A DNA stretch of 64,000 nt from Chelativorans sp. (GCF_031180965.1 NZ_JAPSLH010000005.1:150284-214283), one strand, 5' to 3'; counted from the first letter of the stretch, positions 29,208-39,611 are shown. Notes: generated by a model from the letters alone, not told the origin. Numbers and translations are program-made.

Positions 29208-29954
29208 CTAATAGGTCGTGCGGCCCCCGGAGAGGTCGAAGACGGAGGCGGTGGTGAAGCTGTTCTCCTTCGAGACGAGCCACGCCACCATGGCGGCGGC
29301 TTCCTCCACCTCAAGGAAGCGGCCGCGCGGGATACGGACGAGCATGTACTGGATAAATTCGTCTGTGAGCGTGTCGAGGATGCGCGTCTTGGCCGTGGCG
29401 GGGGTGACCGCGTTCACGGCAATATCGTATTTGGCAAGCTCCTTGCCGAGCGATTTGGTAAGCCCGATGACGCCGGCCTTGGCCGCCGAATAGGCCGAGA
29501 GGTTGGGATTGCCTTCCTTGCCCGCCACCGAGGAGATGTTGACGATGCGCCCATAGTTGCGCGTTTTCATGGACGGGATCACGACCCTGTTCACATAAAA
29601 GGTCCCGTTCAGGTTGATCTCCACCACGCGCCGCCATTCCTCGGGATCGTATTCCTCCAGGGGCGCGTTGCTGCCGGCGATTCCGGCCGAATTGACAAGG
29701 ATCGAGACCGGCCCGACCTCGCGCTCCACCTCGGCATGGACGCGTTCGAGGGCGGGCAGGTCGGTGATATCGGCCACCTTTCCCGAGGCCGCTGGGCCGA
29801 GTGCCCTTTTCGCCTCCTCGAGCAGGTCGGCGTTGATGTCCCACAGGCTGACCTTCGCGCCGGAATCGATCAGGCGCCTTGCGATGGCGAAGCCGATGCC
29901 CTGCGCTCCGCCGGTCACCACGGCAACCTGCCCCTCGAGATCGATCTTGTTCAT
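29208..29954 (-). CDS. short-chain dehydrogenase/reductase (SDR), FabG-like
   Basis: VAVVTGGAQGIGFAIA (TGxxxGIG), NSAG, and the S...YSAAK catalytic triad. An alternative start is at 29966. Confidence 0.85.
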   Translation of the reverse strand: MNKIDLEGQVAVVTGGAQGIGFAIARRLIDSGAKVSLWDINADLLEEAKRALGPAASGKVADITDLPALERVHAEVEREVGPVSILVNSAGIAGSNAPLEEYDPEEWRRVVEINLNGTFYVNRVVIPSMKTRNYGRIVNISSVAGKEGNPNLSAYSAAKAGVIGLTKSLGKELAKYDIAVNAVTPATAKTRILDTLTDEFIQYMLVRIPRGRFLEVEEAAAMVAWLVSKENSFTTASVFDLSGGRTTY

Positions 29955-30032
29955 GCCCCTGGCCACCCATCCGAAACAGCGTGTCGGAATGGAGTTGAGC
30001 AGGTTTTAACCGCCGATGTCCAGCCCGGCAGG

Positions 30033-31034
30033 CTAAAGCTGCGCTGAGGAGGTCTGCTGGAGCTGGGTCTTGCCCAATGCCCGTGCACGGCCTGGCGGGC
30101 TGCCGGTCAGGCGCTTGTAGGCGCGCGCAAAGGCGGCCTGCGAGCCGTAGCCCAGCCGCTTGGCGACCTTGTCGATTGCCATGCGATCGCGGGTGAGCCA
30201 TTGGTTGGCGAGGCGCATGCGCAGCATTGCAAGATAGCGCAGCGGCGTGGTCCCGGTGGCCGCGGCGAAGCGCTCGGCAAAGACCGACCGCGAGCAGCCC
30301 ATTTCCGCCGCCATCTCGGCAACCGTCCAGTTGTGGCCCGGATCGCGGTGAAGCGCGGCGATGACGCGGCTCAGCTGCGGATCGCGCAGCGCCTCGATCC
30401 ACCCGGTGGAATCGCCGCAGCCGCATTCCACCCATCCGCGGACGATGCTGGCCGCCACGACATCGGCAAGCCGCGCCAGAATACCAGCCGAGCCGGCACG
30501 CTCGGTCCTCATCTCGCGCTCCATCGCCTCAAGGAGCGGCAGGATTTCCGGTTGCCGGGCAAGCAGGTCACGTACCGACATGATCCGCGGCATAAGGCCG
30601 ACCAGCGGATGCAGCGTGTCGAGCTCGAACTCCATCCGGCCGCTGAAGATCAGCACGTCTTTACTGCGGCAGGTCTCCTCCGGCGCCAGGCTGACCGCGC
30701 AGATATTGCCGCAAAGCGGCTTGGCTTCGAAGCTTTCCGCCGGCAGCACCGGCAGGCCCGGAGCCGAGACCAGCGAATGCGTATCGCCGCGCGGCAGGAG
30801 GACAGCGTCGCCGCAGCCGAGCTGCACGGTCTGGCCCTGCGACTGGAGAAAGGCATTGCCAGCGGCGATGAAATGGAAACGCGCCTCGGCGGCCGCCGAA
30901 AAACCGATGCCGAATGGCGGAGCGAGCCGCAATCTGGCATAGCGCGCGCCGCGCAGCCGCATGCCCATCAGCAGCTCGCTTACCGGATCAGCCCCGGTGA
31001 TGTACCCTGCAGTGTCGGACGTTCGATCAAGCAT
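30033..31034 (-). CDS. AraC-family transcriptional regulator (cupin-type sensor plus HTH)
   Basis: The C-terminus (WTVAEMAAEMGCSRSVFAERFAAATGTTPLRYLAMLRMRLANQWL...GYGSQAAFARAYKRLTG) is a classic AraC HTH pair. The start was taken at the ATG at 31034. Divergent from the MFS gene. Confidence 0.8.
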   Translation of the reverse strand: MLDRTSDTAGYITGADPVSELLMGMRLRGARYARLRLAPPFGIGFSAAAEARFHFIAAGNAFLQSQGQTVQLGCGDAVLLPRGDTHSLVSAPGLPVLPAESFEAKPLCGNICAVSLAPEETCRSKDVLIFSGRMEFELDTLHPLVGLMPRIMSVRDLLARQPEILPLLEAMEREMRTERAGSAGILARLADVVAASIVRGWVECGCGDSTGWIEALRDPQLSRVIAALHRDPGHNWTVAEMAAEMGCSRSVFAERFAAATGTTPLRYLAMLRMRLANQWLTRDRMAIDKVAKRLGYGSQAAFARAYKRLTGSPPGRARALGKTQLQQTSSAQL

Positions 31035-31111
31035 TTCGGACAATATGGCATGGATCGTCCGGAATTTCCACCCATCTGCAGAGCACCATTTCAGATCAGA
31101 GGATCCTGCAG

Positions 31112-32311
31112 ATGCACGAAGCAACTATTGCGGAAAGGGGTGAGGCCGGCACTCTGCCGGCTTGGGGGGCGGTCGTTTCGATGAGCCTCGGCGTGTTCGG
31201 GCTGGTGGGGGCGGAGTTCCTGCCGGCTAGCCTGCTCACCCCCATGGCTGCCGAACTCGGGGTGACGGAGGGCATGGCCGGACAGGCGGTGACCGCGACG
31301 GCGGCGGTGGCGCTTGTCACCAGCCTCTTGATCGTAGCGGCGACGCGGCGCATCGACCGGCGCTATGTTCTGGTGGGCTTTTCCCTCCTGCTCATCCTGT
31401 CGAACCTTCTCGTGGCGATGGCGCCCAACCTGCCGCTTCTGCTGGCCGGGCGGATCCTGCTCGGCATAGCGCTCGGCGGATTCTGGACCATGTCGGCGGC
31501 GACGATCATGCGACTCGTGCCGGAACGTGACGTGCCGAAGGCGCTTTCGATCCTGTTCTCCGGCGTGTCCGCTGCGACCATCTTCGCCGCGCCGATGGGC
31601 AGCTATCTGGGGGACATTGCCGGATGGCGGATGGTCTTCGTGGCGGCGGCCGGGCTCGGCGTGCTGGCGCTCGCCACGCAACTGGCCACGCTTCCGAGCC
31701 TGCCGCCGCGCGGGCAGTCCCGGTTCGGCACGCTGCTCGAAGTTCTGTCGCGCAAGGTGGTCGGCATAGCGATGGCCGCGATCCTGCTGGTGTTCACCGG
31801 CCATTTCGCCTTCTTCACCTATATCCGGCCCTTCCTGGAGACGGTGACGGGCGTCGGCGTGGCGGGGATCTCCGGCATTCTTTTCGCCTTCGGCGTTGCC
31901 AATTTCCTCGGCAATTACCTTGGTGCGTTCCTGCTGCAGCACTCGATGCGGCTGACGCTGGCCCTGATGCCGCTCGTCATGGGCACGCTGGCGATCGCGC
32001 TGGCGAGTTTCGGCGGCGATCTGATGGCGGATGCCGCGATGGTGGCGCTGTGGGGTCTTGCCTTCGGCGCCGTGCCGGTCGCCTGGTCCACCTGGATCAC
32101 CCGCGCCGTGCCGGACGAGGCTGAAAGCGCGGGCGGCCTCTTCGTCGCGGCCATCAACTTCGCCATTGCCACTGGCGCGGCCGTCGGCGGCCTGCTCTTC
32201 GACTTCAGCGGTATCGCCTCGGTCTTCGTGGCCAGCGGCGCCGTACTCATCGTAGCAGCCTTCACCATCGTGGCCGGAGTGCAGACCCGCCTCGTGCCGA
32301 AGCCGGCCTGA
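31112..32311 (+). CDS. MFS transporter (12-TM, sugar/drug efflux type)
   Basis: 399 aa, uniformly hydrophobic with the MFS loop motif region; divergent from AraC. Confidence 0.8.
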   Translation: MHEATIAERGEAGTLPAWGAVVSMSLGVFGLVGAEFLPASLLTPMAAELGVTEGMAGQAVTATAAVALVTSLLIVAATRRIDRRYVLVGFSLLLILSNLLVAMAPNLPLLLAGRILLGIALGGFWTMSAATIMRLVPERDVPKALSILFSGVSAATIFAAPMGSYLGDIAGWRMVFVAAAGLGVLALATQLATLPSLPPRGQSRFGTLLEVLSRKVVGIAMAAILLVFTGHFAFFTYIRPFLETVTGVGVAGISGILFAFGVANFLGNYLGAFLLQHSMRLTLALMPLVMGTLAIALASFGGDLMADAAMVALWGLAFGAVPVAWSTWITRAVPDEAESAGGLFVAAINFAIATGAAVGGLLFDFSGIASVFVASGAVLIVAAFTIVAGVQTRLVPKPA

Positions 32312-32327
32312 GGCTGAATCACCCGAA

Positions 32328-32360
32328 GGGGCCGCGCGGCTGCTTGGGCGGCGCGGCCCC
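32328..32360. terminator. 10-bp perfect GC hairpin between the convergent MFS and ABC-2 genes
   Basis: GGGGCCGCGC-(13 nt)-GCGCGGCCCC. Overlaps the stop codon of the minus-strand gene. Weak or absent U-tracts. Confidence 0.4.
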
Positions 32361-33472
32361 TATTCCATTCGGCGCCGGAACAGCCATGCCGCCGCGCCCA
32401 GCGTGACGAGGGCGATGACCGCGAGCGGCACGGTGTTGCGCGCGATCTCGTGGAAGGGCAGATCCTTCAGGAAGACGCCCTTCACGACCGCCAGGAAGTA
32501 GCGCAGCGGGTTGGCCAGCGTGACCGGCTGCAGCCAACCCGGCATGTTCTCGATGGGCGTGGCGAAGCCGGAAAGGAGCATCGCCGGGACCATGAAGAGA
32601 AAGGCGCCGAGGATGGCCTGCTGCTGCGTCATGGAAAGCGCCGAGATGAATAGCCCCACCCCGACCACCGACAGGAGATAGAAGACGCCGCTGCCGTAGA
32701 GCATCAGGAGCGAGCCCCTGAGCGGCACGCCGAAGACGAAGACGGCGGCCAGGATATAGACGGTGAGGTGGAAGGCGCCGATGAGCATCGGCGGGATGAT
32801 CTTGCCGATGAGGATCTCGTGGGTCCTGAGCGGTGAGACCATCAGCTGGTCGAAGGTGCCGAGTTCCCGTTCGCGCGCGATGGAAAGCGCGGTCACGACC
32901 AAGCCGATCAGCAGGGCGACCGCCGCAACCAGGTTGGGCACCATGAACCACTGGAAGATGAGGTTGGGGTTGAACCAGTTGCGCGGGACGACGGCGATCG
33001 ACCGCGCGGGAGCGCGGCGCTGGGCCGAAAGCTCGGCGGCAAGGGCGTTCACGATCTGGTTGAGGTAGCCAGCGACGATCTGCGCCGCGTTGGAGCGCCG
33101 CCCGTCGAGGATGATCTGGACATCCGCCGGCCTGCCCGCCGCGATATCGCGGGAGAAGGTGGGGCCGATATGCACGGCGGCGATTGCCTGCTGCCGGTCT
33201 ATCCTCGCGCGCAGGGCATCGAGGCTTTCAGCGCTGCTGATGCTGCGGAAGGTCGGAGCGCCGTCGATCCGCTGGACCAGCTCCTGGCTCCACTTGCCCG
33301 CGTCCCGGTCGAGCACCAGTATGTCGACATTCTTCACCTCCAGCGTCGCCGCATAGGAGAAGACGAGAAGCTGCACGACGGGCGGGCCGATGAGGATCAG
33401 CCGCCCGCGCGGGTCGCGCAGGATCGCCAGAAGCTCCTTGACGATCAGCGCCTTGAGCCGCGTGTGCCACAT
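32360..33472 (-). CDS. ABC-2-type exporter permease (YbhR-like)
   Basis: 370 aa; MWHTRLKALIVKELLAILRDPRGRLILIGPPVVQLLVF plus 6 predicted TM segments. Confidence 0.85.
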   Translation of the reverse strand: MWHTRLKALIVKELLAILRDPRGRLILIGPPVVQLLVFSYAATLEVKNVDILVLDRDAGKWSQELVQRIDGAPTFRSISSAESLDALRARIDRQQAIAAVHIGPTFSRDIAAGRPADVQIILDGRRSNAAQIVAGYLNQIVNALAAELSAQRRAPARSIAVVPRNWFNPNLIFQWFMVPNLVAAVALLIGLVVTALSIARERELGTFDQLMVSPLRTHEILIGKIIPPMLIGAFHLTVYILAAVFVFGVPLRGSLLMLYGSGVFYLLSVVGVGLFISALSMTQQQAILGAFLFMVPAMLLSGFATPIENMPGWLQPVTLANPLRYFLAVVKGVFLKDLPFHEIARNTVPLAVIALVTLGAAAWLFRRRME

Positions 33473-34633
33473 TCAGGCGATCCTCTTGCGGGTGTTGCGC
33501 GCGGCGGCCACGAACATCAGCGCGCCGATGAAGAGCATCACAGCGATGGCGCGCAGGAACATCGGCCAGATGTCGCCGGCAAGGAACACGCTCTGCAGGC
33601 TGGGAATGAGGTAGCGCGCCGGCACGACGGCCGTGATCATCTGGATGATCCAGGGCATCGAGTTGATCTCGAACAGGAAGCCCGAGAGGAGGAAGGCCGG
33701 CAGGAAGGCGGAAAGCAGCGCGAGCTGGGAAGCGAGGAACTGGTTCTTGGTCGCCGCGGAGATGAGGAGCCCTTGGCCGAGGGCGGGCATGAGGAAACTC
33801 GCCGACAGCGCACAGAGCGCGAGGACGGAGCCGCGGAACGGCACGCCGAAGACGAAGACCGCGACCAGCACGCAGAGCGTCATGGAAGCAAGGCCGAGCA
33901 GGAAATAGGGCAGGATCTTGCCCGCGAGCAGCTCGGCGGCGGTGACGGGCGTTGCCATCATCGCTTCCATCGTGCCGCGCTCCCACTCGCGCGCCACGAC
34001 CAGCGAAGTGAGCAGGGTGCCCACAAGGGTCATCACGATCGCGATTGAGCCGGGGACGAGGAAATTGCGGCTCGCAAGCTCGGGATTGAACCAGAAGCGC
34101 TGCTCCACCACGATGGCAGGGGCAGGCATGACGATCTCCGCGGCTCTGAGCGCCATCCACGTGCCGACCACGCCCTGCGCGTAGTTCTGCACGAAGCTGG
34201 CGGTGTTCGGGTCGGAGCCGTCGACGATCACCTGGAGTTCGGGCGATCCTCCACCCGCGCCTTCCTGGACGAAATTGGCGGGGATGACGAGGATGCCGCG
34301 CACACGGCCGAGGACGAGATCCTCCTCGAACTCGCGCCGGTCGCGGCCCACCGCCACCTCGAAATAGCGCGAGGCCTGGAAGCTGGCGGCAAGGTCCTGG
34401 GCAATCGGCGTGGAATCCTCGATAGCGAGGCCGACGCGCGTACGGCTCGCATCCAACGACACGCCGTAGCCGAAGATGACGAGCAGGATCAGGGGCAGCA
34501 CGAAGGCGATCAGGATGCTGCTCGGGTCGCGGATCACCTGATAGCTTTCCTTGCGCACGAGCGCCGCGAAACGCCGCGCGCTGCCGGTGGGCGCGGCCTC
34601 CGGCCCTGGCGCGGCGGGGGAGAGCAGGTTCAT
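33473..34633 (-). CDS. ABC-2-type exporter permease (YbhS-like)
   Basis: Start at the ATG at 34633 (ATGA overlap with the upstream stop). FAALVRKESYQVIRDPSSILIAFVLPL plus TM segments. Confidence 0.85.
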   Translation of the reverse strand: MNLLSPAAPGPEAAPTGSARRFAALVRKESYQVIRDPSSILIAFVLPLILLVIFGYGVSLDASRTRVGLAIEDSTPIAQDLAASFQASRYFEVAVGRDRREFEEDLVLGRVRGILVIPANFVQEGAGGGSPELQVIVDGSDPNTASFVQNYAQGVVGTWMALRAAEIVMPAPAIVVEQRFWFNPELASRNFLVPGSIAIVMTLVGTLLTSLVVAREWERGTMEAMMATPVTAAELLAGKILPYFLLGLASMTLCVLVAVFVFGVPFRGSVLALCALSASFLMPALGQGLLISAATKNQFLASQLALLSAFLPAFLLSGFLFEINSMPWIIQMITAVVPARYLIPSLQSVFLAGDIWPMFLRAIAVMLFIGALMFVAAARNTRKRIA

Positions 34634-36360
34634 GCGGCCTCCGCGGCTTCCGAGTTCTTCACGAGCGCGATGAAGGCGTCCTCCATCGTCGGGTCCGGAG
34701 TTCCAGGGCCTGCCACGCTTGCCTTCAACTCGTCCGGCGAGCCGAGGGCGATGGACCGGCCGCGATAGATGAGCGATATGCGGTCGCAATATTCGGCCTC
34801 GTCCATGAAATGGGTCGTGACGAGTACGGTCACGCCCTTTTCCACGAGGCCGTTTATATGCGTCCAGAATTCGCGCCTGGTGATCGGGTCCACGCCCGAG
34901 GTGGGCTCATCGAGGAACAGCGCTTCGGGCTCGTGGAGCACGGCGCAGGCAAGCGCCAGCCGCTGCTTCAGGCCGAGCGGCAAGTCCCTCGCCGACATGC
35001 CAAGAAGGGGACCGAACTCGAAAATCTCCGTCATGAGCGCGATGCGCTCGCGCCGGTGAGGACCGCTAAGGCCATAGACGCCGGCGAAGAAGGCAAGGTT
35101 CTGGGCCACGCTGAGGTCGCCGTACAGCGAGAACTTCTGCGCCATATAGCCGAGCCGGTTGCGCGCCGCGGCCGTATCGCGGCGAAGGTCAAATCCGGCC
35201 ATCCGGCCTTCGCCCTCCGTCGGCTTCAAAAGGCCGCAGAGCATCTTGAACGTGGTCGACTTGCCCGCGCCGTTGGGACCAAGCAGGCCGAAGATCTGGC
35301 CGCGCGGAATGGCGAAGGTGATGTCGCGCGCCGCAACGAAGTCGCCGAAGCGCTTGGTCAGCCCTTTGGCCTCGATGACGGCATGGCTCTCGTCGGGAAC
35401 GCGCAGCGCGGCCGCGTCGGCGAGCTTGGAGCGTCCGCCCGGGCCTCCGCCCAGCATGTCGACGAAGGCGTCCTCGAAGCGCGGCTCAGCCGGCTTGATC
35501 CTTGCGGCCGGGCCGGCCAGTTCCGCGGCATTCCAGTCCCGCCCTCCGGCCGCGCCGAGGACGAGGCGGATCGCCTCGCCCTGGATCACCCCGTCGAGCA
35601 CGCCGGGATCGTCCAGCACCTTCCGCAGTATCGGCCGCCGCCGGCCCTCGATGCCCGTGAGCTTGAAGACCCGGCCCTCCACCCGCTCGGTGAGCTGCGG
35701 TGGCGTGCCGCTGAAGAGCAGTTTTCCCTGGTTGAGAAGGAGGATGCGGTCGCACGCTTCCGCCTCGTCGAGATAGGCGGTGGACCAGACGACGCCGATC
35801 CCCTCCCTGGTAAGGTCCCGCACCATGGTCCAGAGGTCGCGACGCGAGATCGGATCGACGCCCACGCCCGGCTCGTCGAGGAGCAGGAGGCGTGGCTTGC
35901 GCAGAAGCGCGCAGGCAAGGCCGAGTTTCTGCTTCATGCCGCCGGAGAGCTTTCCCGCCAGCCTGCCGGCAAAGCGCTTCAGGTCGGTGAAGGTCAGAAG
36001 CTCATCGAAGACGGCCGGACGTTCGGAAAGGGGCAGCCCGCGCAGATCGGCATAAAGATCGAGATTCTCGCGGACCGAGAGATCCTCGTAGAGGCCGAAG
36101 CGCTGCGGCATGTAGCCGATCGAGGCCTGGATGCGGGCCGCTTGCGTGCGCGTATTGAAGCCGAGCACCTCGATCGTGCCCCCGTCCGGCAGCATGAGGC
36201 CGGTCATGAGCCGGATCAGCGTCGTCTTGCCGGCGCCGTCCGGCCCGACCAGGCCGGTGATCTCACCGCCCTGAATCGAGCCGGACACCGCGTCGAGAGC
36301 TGGAGGTGCACTCCCGAAGCGCTTCGTCACCTGCGACATGCGGACGAATTCCTCGCCCAT
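34630..36360 (-). CDS. ABC exporter ATP-binding protein with two fused ATPase domains (YbhF-like)
   Basis: Start at the ATG at 36360 (MGEEFVRMSQVTKRFG...). Two Walker A motifs (GPDGAGKTT, GPNGAGKST) and two LSGG-type signatures. The track merges it with upstream sequence into a 938-aa ORF. Confidence 0.9.
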   Translation of the reverse strand: MGEEFVRMSQVTKRFGSAPPALDAVSGSIQGGEITGLVGPDGAGKTTLIRLMTGLMLPDGGTIEVLGFNTRTQAARIQASIGYMPQRFGLYEDLSVRENLDLYADLRGLPLSERPAVFDELLTFTDLKRFAGRLAGKLSGGMKQKLGLACALLRKPRLLLLDEPGVGVDPISRRDLWTMVRDLTREGIGVVWSTAYLDEAEACDRILLLNQGKLLFSGTPPQLTERVEGRVFKLTGIEGRRRPILRKVLDDPGVLDGVIQGEAIRLVLGAAGGRDWNAAELAGPAARIKPAEPRFEDAFVDMLGGGPGGRSKLADAAALRVPDESHAVIEAKGLTKRFGDFVAARDITFAIPRGQIFGLLGPNGAGKSTTFKMLCGLLKPTEGEGRMAGFDLRRDTAAARNRLGYMAQKFSLYGDLSVAQNLAFFAGVYGLSGPHRRERIALMTEIFEFGPLLGMSARDLPLGLKQRLALACAVLHEPEALFLDEPTSGVDPITRREFWTHINGLVEKGVTVLVTTHFMDEAEYCDRISLIYRGRSIALGSPDELKASVAGPGTPDPTMEDAFIALVKNSEAAEAA

Positions 36361-36371
36361 CGGGCCGCCCC

Positions 36372-37403
36372 TCAATCGACTGCCGAGGTCGCGGTGCCGG
36401 CATCTTCCGGAAGGCGCACCGAGACCGGCATGCCCTGGCGGAGCCCGGTATCCGGCTGCTCGACGACGACGCGAAGGCGATAGACGAGATCGGTCCTGAG
36501 CTCCGGCGTCTCGACCGATTTCGGCGTGAACTCGGCGACCGGCGAGACGAAGCCGACGCGGCCGCGGTAAGGCTTGTCCGGCGCCGTGTCGGTGATCACC
36601 TCGACGTCGAGGCCGGGGAAAACGCGCCCGAGATCCGGCTCCTCGACATAGGTCCGCACCCAGACAGGATCGTCCAGCGACAGCACATAGGCGGTGTCGC
36701 CTGGCGAGACGATCGCCCCCGGCTCGCGCACGCGCGAAAGAACCACCCCGTCGGCGGGCGCGTGAAGCACCGTGTCCTCGAGCGAAGTCCTGGCTCCAGC
36801 AAGGTTCGCCTCGGCCTCCTGGAGGCTGGCGCGCGCGGCGGCGATATCCTCCTTGCGCGAGCCCTCTTCGAGAAGGTGCAGGGCCTCCTGCGCCGACTCC
36901 ACGCGCGCGGCCGCCATGTCGCGGGCCGCCTGCGCCTGGTCGAAGGCGGCCTCGGAGACGGCGCCGGTGGCGCGCAGGCGCCGTGCCCGCTCCAGCGCCT
37001 GCTCGGCATTCGTGCGATCGAAGCTGCGTTCGGCGAGGAGGGCGCGGGCCTGCGCGATTTCCGCCTCCCGCGGGCCTGCTTCGAGCTTGGCGAGATTGGC
37101 CTTCTGGCTGGCCACCTGCGCCTCCGCCGCCTCGAGGGCGTCCTGGTAGGGCTGCGCATCCAACCGGGCCATGTCCTGTCCGGCCTTCACGCGGTCGCCT
37201 TCGTCGACGAGCATCTCGGCGATTCGACCGCCGACACGGAAGCCGAGCTGGACCTGGCGGATGTCCACATTGCCGTAAAGGGTGAGGCGCGCATCGTCGG
37301 CGCGCGTCCAGCCGAGGCGCGCCGGAACATCGTACCACCAGGCCGCCGCAGCTCCGGCAGCGACGGCGAGAAGGGCGATCACGCGCGGCAGCTTGCGTTT
37401 CAT
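36372..37403 (-). CDS. HlyD-family membrane-fusion/periplasmic adaptor protein (YbhG-like)
   Basis: Start at the ATG at 37403 ([24 protein letters not shown]). Coiled-coil region and barrel-sandwich motifs. ATGA overlap with the TetR stop. Confidence 0.85.
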   Translation of the reverse strand: MKRKLPRVIALLAVAAGAAAAWWYDVPARLGWTRADDARLTLYGNVDIRQVQLGFRVGGRIAEMLVDEGDRVKAGQDMARLDAQPYQDALEAAEAQVASQKANLAKLEAGPREAEIAQARALLAERSFDRTNAEQALERARRLRATGAVSEAAFDQAQAARDMAAARVESAQEALHLLEEGSRKEDIAAARASLQEAEANLAGARTSLEDTVLHAPADGVVLSRVREPGAIVSPGDTAYVLSLDDPVWVRTYVEEPDLGRVFPGLDVEVITDTAPDKPYRGRVGFVSPVAEFTPKSVETPELRTDLVYRLRVVVEQPDTGLRQGMPVSVRLPEDAGTATSAVD

Positions 37404-38101
37404 GACACGTCCCGCGGATGAAGGAGCCCCACGAGTTCGGCGGCAAGGCTGCGGATCTCCACGGTCTCGCGATCGCCGAACTGCGGCCAGCCGAGATACG
37501 CCTGCGCGGCCGCCTGGGCCATTCGGAACACCATCAGGCTTCCAAGGAGCGCTATGGTCCTCAGCTTGACATGCTCCGAGCCCGCGGGCTCGGCAAGCAG
37601 AATGCCGACGAGCCGGGTGGCGACCTCGAGGGTCGGCTGCATGACGCCGCCATAGACCCGCTGGAAGGCTTCGGTCGGCTCCATCTGCTCGCGGATAAGG
37701 AAGCGCGCCCACGGCGCCGATTGCGGGCTGACGAAGATTTCCGCCATCTTCTGCAGGATCTCGGTCAGGAGGGCGCGCGCCTCGGCGGCGTTGAGCTCGC
37801 TGCCCTCCCGTTCCGCCGCTTCCAGCCGGCCCCGCACCGTCTCGCGAAGCTCCGCCACATGCGACGAGATCATCCCGGCGATATGCTCGGCCGCGGCGAT
37901 GTAGAGGCCTTCCTTGCCGCCGAAATAATAGGGAATGGCCTGCAGGTTGACGCCGGCCGTGTCCGCCAGGACGCGGGTGGTGGCGCCCTCGAAGCCATAG
38001 CGGCCGAACACATCGATGGCGACGGTGAGCAGCTTGTCGCGGGGGTCTCCCCGTTTTCCTTCACGGTTCTGCGGACCGCCTGCGCGCTTTTGCTGGGGCA
38101 T
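37400..38101 (-). CDS. TetR/AcrR-family transcriptional regulator (CecR-like position)
   Basis: [47 protein letters not shown] is a TetR HTH. First gene of the exporter operon. Confidence 0.85.
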   Translation of the reverse strand: MPQQKRAGGPQNREGKRGDPRDKLLTVAIDVFGRYGFEGATTRVLADTAGVNLQAIPYYFGGKEGLYIAAAEHIAGMISSHVAELRETVRGRLEAAEREGSELNAAEARALLTEILQKMAEIFVSPQSAPWARFLIREQMEPTEAFQRVYGGVMQPTLEVATRLVGILLAEPAGSEHVKLRTIALLGSLMVFRMAQAAAQAYLGWPQFGDRETVEIRSLAAELVGLLHPRDVS

Positions 38102-38142
38102 TGTGCAGCCTATGCTTGTTGTTTCACCTGTTTTAATTTATA

Positions 38143-38168
38143 CGAATGAATAAGTCAATCGAATGAAT
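38143..38168. promoter_or_regulatory. direct repeat CGAATGAAT x2 in the AT-rich TetR / monooxygenase divergent region
   Basis: CGAATGAAT at 38143-38151 and 38160-38168 (17-bp register). Candidate operator only. Confidence 0.3.
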
Positions 38169-38240
38169 CCTGCTGGGTAAAGGATGCGGTTTCTCGGCGC
38201 GAAAATCGCCGAAGGGGATTTCTGCTTCACAGGAGCTGCC

Positions 38241-39491
38241 ATGGAACGGAAGGACGTACTCATCTCAGGCGCAGGGATTGCCGGTCCCGTGCTCGCCCAC
38301 TGGCTCCGCCGGCACGGCTACCGGCCGACGGTTGTCGAGCAGGCATCCGAACTGCGGATGGGCGGACATCCCGTCGACCTATGGGGCTCGGCGGTGGAAG
38401 TAATGGACCGGATGGGGGTGCTTCCGGCCTTGGATGCAGCGCGGACCCGAAACGATCGCGGTGTGACGGTGGCCCCCCGCCGGGCTCCGGTGGAGCTCGA
38501 TCTGCGAGGCCTCTCGGCAGAGTTTTCCGACCGCCACGTGGAGATCATGCGGGGCGAACTGGTCTCAACGCTCTACCGGCGCACCCGGACGGATGCCGAA
38601 TATGTTTTCGGCGACTCGATCGGGCAGATCGAGGAACAGAAGGACGGTGTCCGCGTGCGCTTCGACAGCGGAGAGGAGCGCGACTTCGCTCTTGTGATCG
38701 GCGCGGACGGGCAGCATTCCCGCGTCAGGCACCTCGTTTTCGGCGAGGAAGAGCTCTTCAGCCGCTATATGGGCGCATATGTCTGCGGCTACACGGTCGC
38801 CAACGATCTCGGTTTCGACCAGCGCATTTTCCGCTACGTCGTGCCCGAGCGGACCGTCGCCGTCTTTCCGATCAGGCAGAGCAATGAGCTGGGCGTTGCA
38901 TTTCTCTTCCGCCGACCGGAACCGCTCGATCTTCACCACAAGGACATCGCGGGGCAGAAACGGGTGCTGCGCGAGACCTTCGCCAGGGACGGATGGCAGG
39001 TTCCGCAACTGCTGGGCCGTCTGGATTCGGCGCGGGATTTCTACTTCGAACCCCTCAGCCAGATCCATATGGGGACCTGGGGAAAGGGGCGCATCGCGCT
39101 TGTGGGCGATGCCGGATATTGCCCTGCGCCGGCCGTCGGCGGTGGCACCAGCCTCGCGGTGATCGGCGCCTATGTACTCGCCCGTGAACTGGCAGCCGCT
39201 GCCGGCGATCACGCGCTCGGCTTCAGGAATTATGAAGCAGCCATCCGCGAAACGGTTGAGGAGAGCCGAAAGATCGGCCCGGCGCTGCTGAACACCCTCG
39301 TCCCCGCTTCCTGGACGGAAATCCGGCTCGGTATGTTCCTTGCCCCGCTGCTGACCAGCCTGCCGCGATCCCTGCGGCGGTGGCTGCCACTCCTTCCCCG
39401 AAGAGCAGTACGGGCGATGCAGGCGATATCAAACACGCCGCTCGGAAGCGAGGATAGTTCGTCCAGGGCGGGGGCAGCTGCCGCCGGTTGA
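38241..39491 (+). CDS. FAD-dependent (class A flavoprotein) monooxygenase
   Basis: Start at the ATG at 38241. KDVLISGAGIAGPVLAHWL (GxGxxG) and RIALVGDAGYCPAPAVGGGTSLAVIGAYVLA (FAD fingerprint 2). Confidence 0.8.
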   Translation: MERKDVLISGAGIAGPVLAHWLRRHGYRPTVVEQASELRMGGHPVDLWGSAVEVMDRMGVLPALDAARTRNDRGVTVAPRRAPVELDLRGLSAEFSDRHVEIMRGELVSTLYRRTRTDAEYVFGDSIGQIEEQKDGVRVRFDSGEERDFALVIGADGQHSRVRHLVFGEEELFSRYMGAYVCGYTVANDLGFDQRIFRYVVPERTVAVFPIRQSNELGVAFLFRRPEPLDLHHKDIAGQKRVLRETFARDGWQVPQLLGRLDSARDFYFEPLSQIHMGTWGKGRIALVGDAGYCPAPAVGGGTSLAVIGAYVLARELAAAAGDHALGFRNYEAAIRETVEESRKIGPALLNTLVPASWTEIRLGMFLAPLLTSLPRSLRRWLPLLPRRAVRAMQAISNTPLGSEDSSSRAGAAAAG

Positions 39492-39525
39492 GGAGGCGCC
39501 GTCGGAGAGGTTCAGGCAAAAAGGC

Positions 39526-39555
39526 AGAGGGCGCCGAGTGGCGCCCTCTCTTTTG
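39526..39555. terminator. bidirectional rho-independent terminator
   Basis: AGAGGGCGCC-gagt-GGCGCCCTCT, a perfect 10-bp stem. It is flanked by an upstream A-run on the plus strand, which reads as GCCTTTTT after the stem on the minus strand, and by CTTTTG downstream on the plus strand. Lies between convergent genes. Confidence 0.8.
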
Positions 39556-39611
39556 TCCGGTCCCGGGTACCGGGAGCGGGCCGCATGAAGACGGCCCGCC
39601 TGTCATCGCCG

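Noticed and set aside
26896-29966. Reading the SIR2 gene plus neighbours as a known multi-gene defence system (Thoeris, SIR2-HerA, SPARSA, DSR)
   Set aside because: No TIR, SLOG, HerA, Argonaute or large STAND/ATPase partner is present. The neighbours are a GH25 muramidase and an SDR. Only the orphan-SIR2 observation is kept.
34630-37446. 938-aa ORF suggesting a giant ABC protein
   Set aside because: The N-terminal roughly 360 aa are Arg/Gly/Pro junk read out of frame through the HlyD gene. The true ATPase starts at the ATG at 36360 (MGEEFVRMSQVTKRFG), 11 nt after the HlyD stop.
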